DNA of 64,000 nucleotides from Podospora anserina (Eukaryota): NCBI GenBank assembly GCA_017654855.1, contig CM030332.1, positions 868,001 to 932,000 of the forward strand, read 5' to 3'. Shown piece by piece: positions 61,487 to 64,000 of this stretch (position 1 is its first letter; each line of letters starts with the position of its first letter). The notes under the pieces were generated by a model. It saw only the letters and a program-made list of their open reading frames with translations, ran no database searches and was not told where the DNA came from. The position numbers and the translations under genes were made by a program.

Positions 61487-62675
61487 CTAATCCAAGCTCT
61501 GAATCTGCACCTTGATCGCCCCCGTCTTCGGATCACTCGCCGTATTAAACGCCTTCAGCGCCTCCTCCAGAGGAAACCTATGCGTAACCAACCTCGACAT
61601 ATCCAGCACCTTGCTCTGCACCAACCTAATCGCCCTCGGCCAGGTGTTGCTATACCGATACTGAAACTGCAAATCAACCTCCCTCACGCTCGCCCTCATA
61701 AACGGAATCTGAATCTCGTTCCTCCCCACCCCAATTACAAACACCTTGCCTCCAAACTTCATGGCCCAGATGGCCGCCCCAATCGAGCTCTCAACGCCGG
61801 TACACTCCAATGCAATCGCCGGCTCGATACCATTGAACCCCTCCTTGACAATCCTCTCCGCCTGCTGTTCCACGCTCAACCCAGGCTCAACCTTAACCGT
61901 CACCACCCCCGGCGCGATCTCCTTTGCAAACTTCAACCTCCCCTCATCAATATCCGTGATGACCAACGGACACGCCCCTGCCGCCTGGCAACAAAGCAGC
62001 GTAATCAACCCAATCGGCCCCGCCCCGCAAATCAACACCGGATCTCCCAGCCTCACACCCGCCCTCTGCATGCCAGCCAAAGCTACGCTCAGCGGCTCGA
62101 GCATCGCCCCGTCCTCATAGCTCATATCCCCAATCTTGTGGCACCAGACAGCCTTGTGGTTGACATACCGTCTTAACAAGCCTGCCACTGGGGGTGTAGA
62201 CAGGAAGTCGACCTTCTCGCACCCATTGTATCTGCCGGTGAGGCAGGGCTCGCACTCGTTACAGATGACCTGGGGCTCGATGGCTACGCGGTCTCCGACT
62301 TGGAGGGTCTTGACGGAGGGGTGGACGGCGATGATCTCACCGGCGGATTCGTGACCGAGGACGTGGTCGCAGGTTACGATCATGGGGCCAATACAGCCGT
62401 GCTTCCAGAAGTGGACGTCGGAGCTGGAGACGGTGACATGTCAGTATGAACTTGGTCCGGAAAGGGGGTGAGAAGAGAGGGCGAACTAACCCGCAGATAC
62501 CTGTGCTTCTGATGGCAACTGTCACCTCCCCTTCTTTGAGCTCTGGGCTGCCTTGCTGGACGCTTTCCAAGCTTGGTTCGGCGGAGTCGATCCAGAGGTC
62601 ATGGCCAGGGTTGGTGAAGACACCAATGTTGGCCTTGGAGGCCTTTACTTTGGTTGTTGTCGTCGTCGTCGACAT
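61487..62675 (-). CDS. lad1: L-arabinitol 4-dehydrogenase (zinc MDR family), ~373 aa; exons 62675-62491, 62423-61487
   Basis: [28 protein letters not shown], structural Zn [49 protein letters not shown]. Confidence 0.92.
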
Positions 62676-63273
62676 CTTGTCTGTTTCCTGTCTGCTTACT
62701 TGAGCCAAGTGAGTTTGTCAATGGCGATGATCGCGGGGTTGATAGCAACAGCTCTCTAAGCTATAAGAGCTGGTGCTCAGAAGAACAAAGATGGGACGGC
62801 ACGGGAGAAACACAACACAAGGGGGACGCGAGTAAGTTTAACTTTTCCCAACCGTCAACTTATATAGTTCACCAAACGGAAGAATCCGAATACCGGATAA
62901 GAGTTGTAGGCAGGCAAAGGGTGTAATGGGACCTGCCGATCTCGCTACAACCCTCCATAGATACTTTACTACAAAAGCTCGCAAGGTGGGTTTGAAAAGG
63001 GAACCATCTATGTCACAAACCCAGCCGCCTGTGTGTTCATGTGGCACCTCCTCCACCTCCTCTTCCACCCCCCACGGTCCATGGTAGATGCAGCAGTTTT
63101 GATATCTGATCTGATGATGATGCCCCCCTTGGACGATCACAAGCACTAGAAGCTAGCACGCCCAATGCACATTTCCATTACGCCGCCGCGTCTCCTCCCC
63201 CCCACCACTGCACAACCTTACATTGGCACGGGAAAGAAACAAAAGAAAAGAATTGTTCTAGACGCATCAATGG

Positions 63274-63281
63274 CGGGTAAT
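63274..63281 (+). promoter_or_regulatory. Possible arabinose-regulator Zn2Cys6 site (CGGGTAAT) in the lad1 upstream region
   Basis: Matches the CGGDTAAW consensus described for Aspergillus AraR. Related CGGATAAG occurs at ~62894 (+) and ~63821-63814 (-). Sordariomycetes use the unrelated ARA1, so this is tentative. Confidence 0.25.
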
Positions 63282-64000
63282 TCTCACCCACACCCAGGTC
63301 CTCTTTCGTTACCGAACCAATCCTTCGAGATGTAGGTTTGATGATGCAAAGTGATCAGGAGGGAAAGTAAAGCAAGGTAGCCATGTTCCCGGGAAGTGGG
63401 GTCCAAAAGATTCTCGGGGTTATGACTTCGGCCGCTTCAACACCGACGACGTTCTTGTTGCCAACGGGATGCCGTGGTGTGTGTCGGTCTACTGCAGTTC
63501 ACGGTACGTCTCCCCCCGCCATCCGCGCCAATCACCGGCCGTTCAACAACCATCGACCCTCTCGGGAGCGGCCGAAGGCCAAAAGCAACGGTTCTTGTTT
63601 ACCCCCCCCGTGCCCCGCTCCGTGGTTCGGGGGGGCTGGCTGGCTTGCTCCTCAATTGCCCAGACCATTTTTCCGCCTCGGCCTGTGTTCTTCCGCCTAC
63701 CATCGAACGTAGATTGGAAATGTGGCTTTTGTTTGATCGTATTTACCAATGCTACCTCGACATGTGGTTTGAAACAATAATAATGAAAACCCGAACATGG
63801 CAGTTGGCATTCTTCTTATCCGGCTCGGTCTGGATTGCCGGATACAACGTGGTCTTCCGGTCTGCCGAGACCGTTTGACTTTTGCCGTGATGTATAAAAT
63901 CTTCCAGAATACAATAGATGACCCGTATACACTCCATCTCCTACACCGTATTTTCCACGTTGAGGATATTGTCCAACGAAATCAAATCCGTCCACAGAAA

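Overview
Eukaryotic (filamentous ascomycete, Sordariales-like; gene content and style are consistent with Podospora, which is inference) chromosomal window with GT-AG introns and CTRAC-type branch points. After splicing by eye it holds about 15 intact protein-coding genes: Pal1-family, USB1, ERO1, CKS1, a tandem-bromodomain RSC subunit, a large orphan, NADPH oxidase Nox1/NoxA, class I myosin, a GT90/CAP10-like glycosyltransferase, DHHC palmitoyltransferase PFA4, a G1-type cyclin, a retropepsin-like DTGA protein, a second large orphan, ATP synthase subunit g and L-arabinitol 4-dehydrogenase. A probable spliced pseudogene lies at the left end. I saw no tRNA, rRNA, CRISPR array or intact transposon. 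Most notable points: (i) a recurrent abrupt C/A-rich to G/T-rich strand-skew flip inside almost every gene, usually a few hundred bases before the stop; (ii) a ~15.6 kb gene desert upstream of the G1 cyclin, ending in a long, AUG-depleted, apparently twice-spliced 5' leader with two short uORFs; (iii) an uncharacterised single-lobe aspartic-protease gene that may need a GC-AG intron and carries a DUF5678-like segment, set head-to-head with a large orphan; (iv) a ~1.35 kb nearly AUG-free region upstream of nox1. Exon boundaries were inferred manually and need transcript confirmation.
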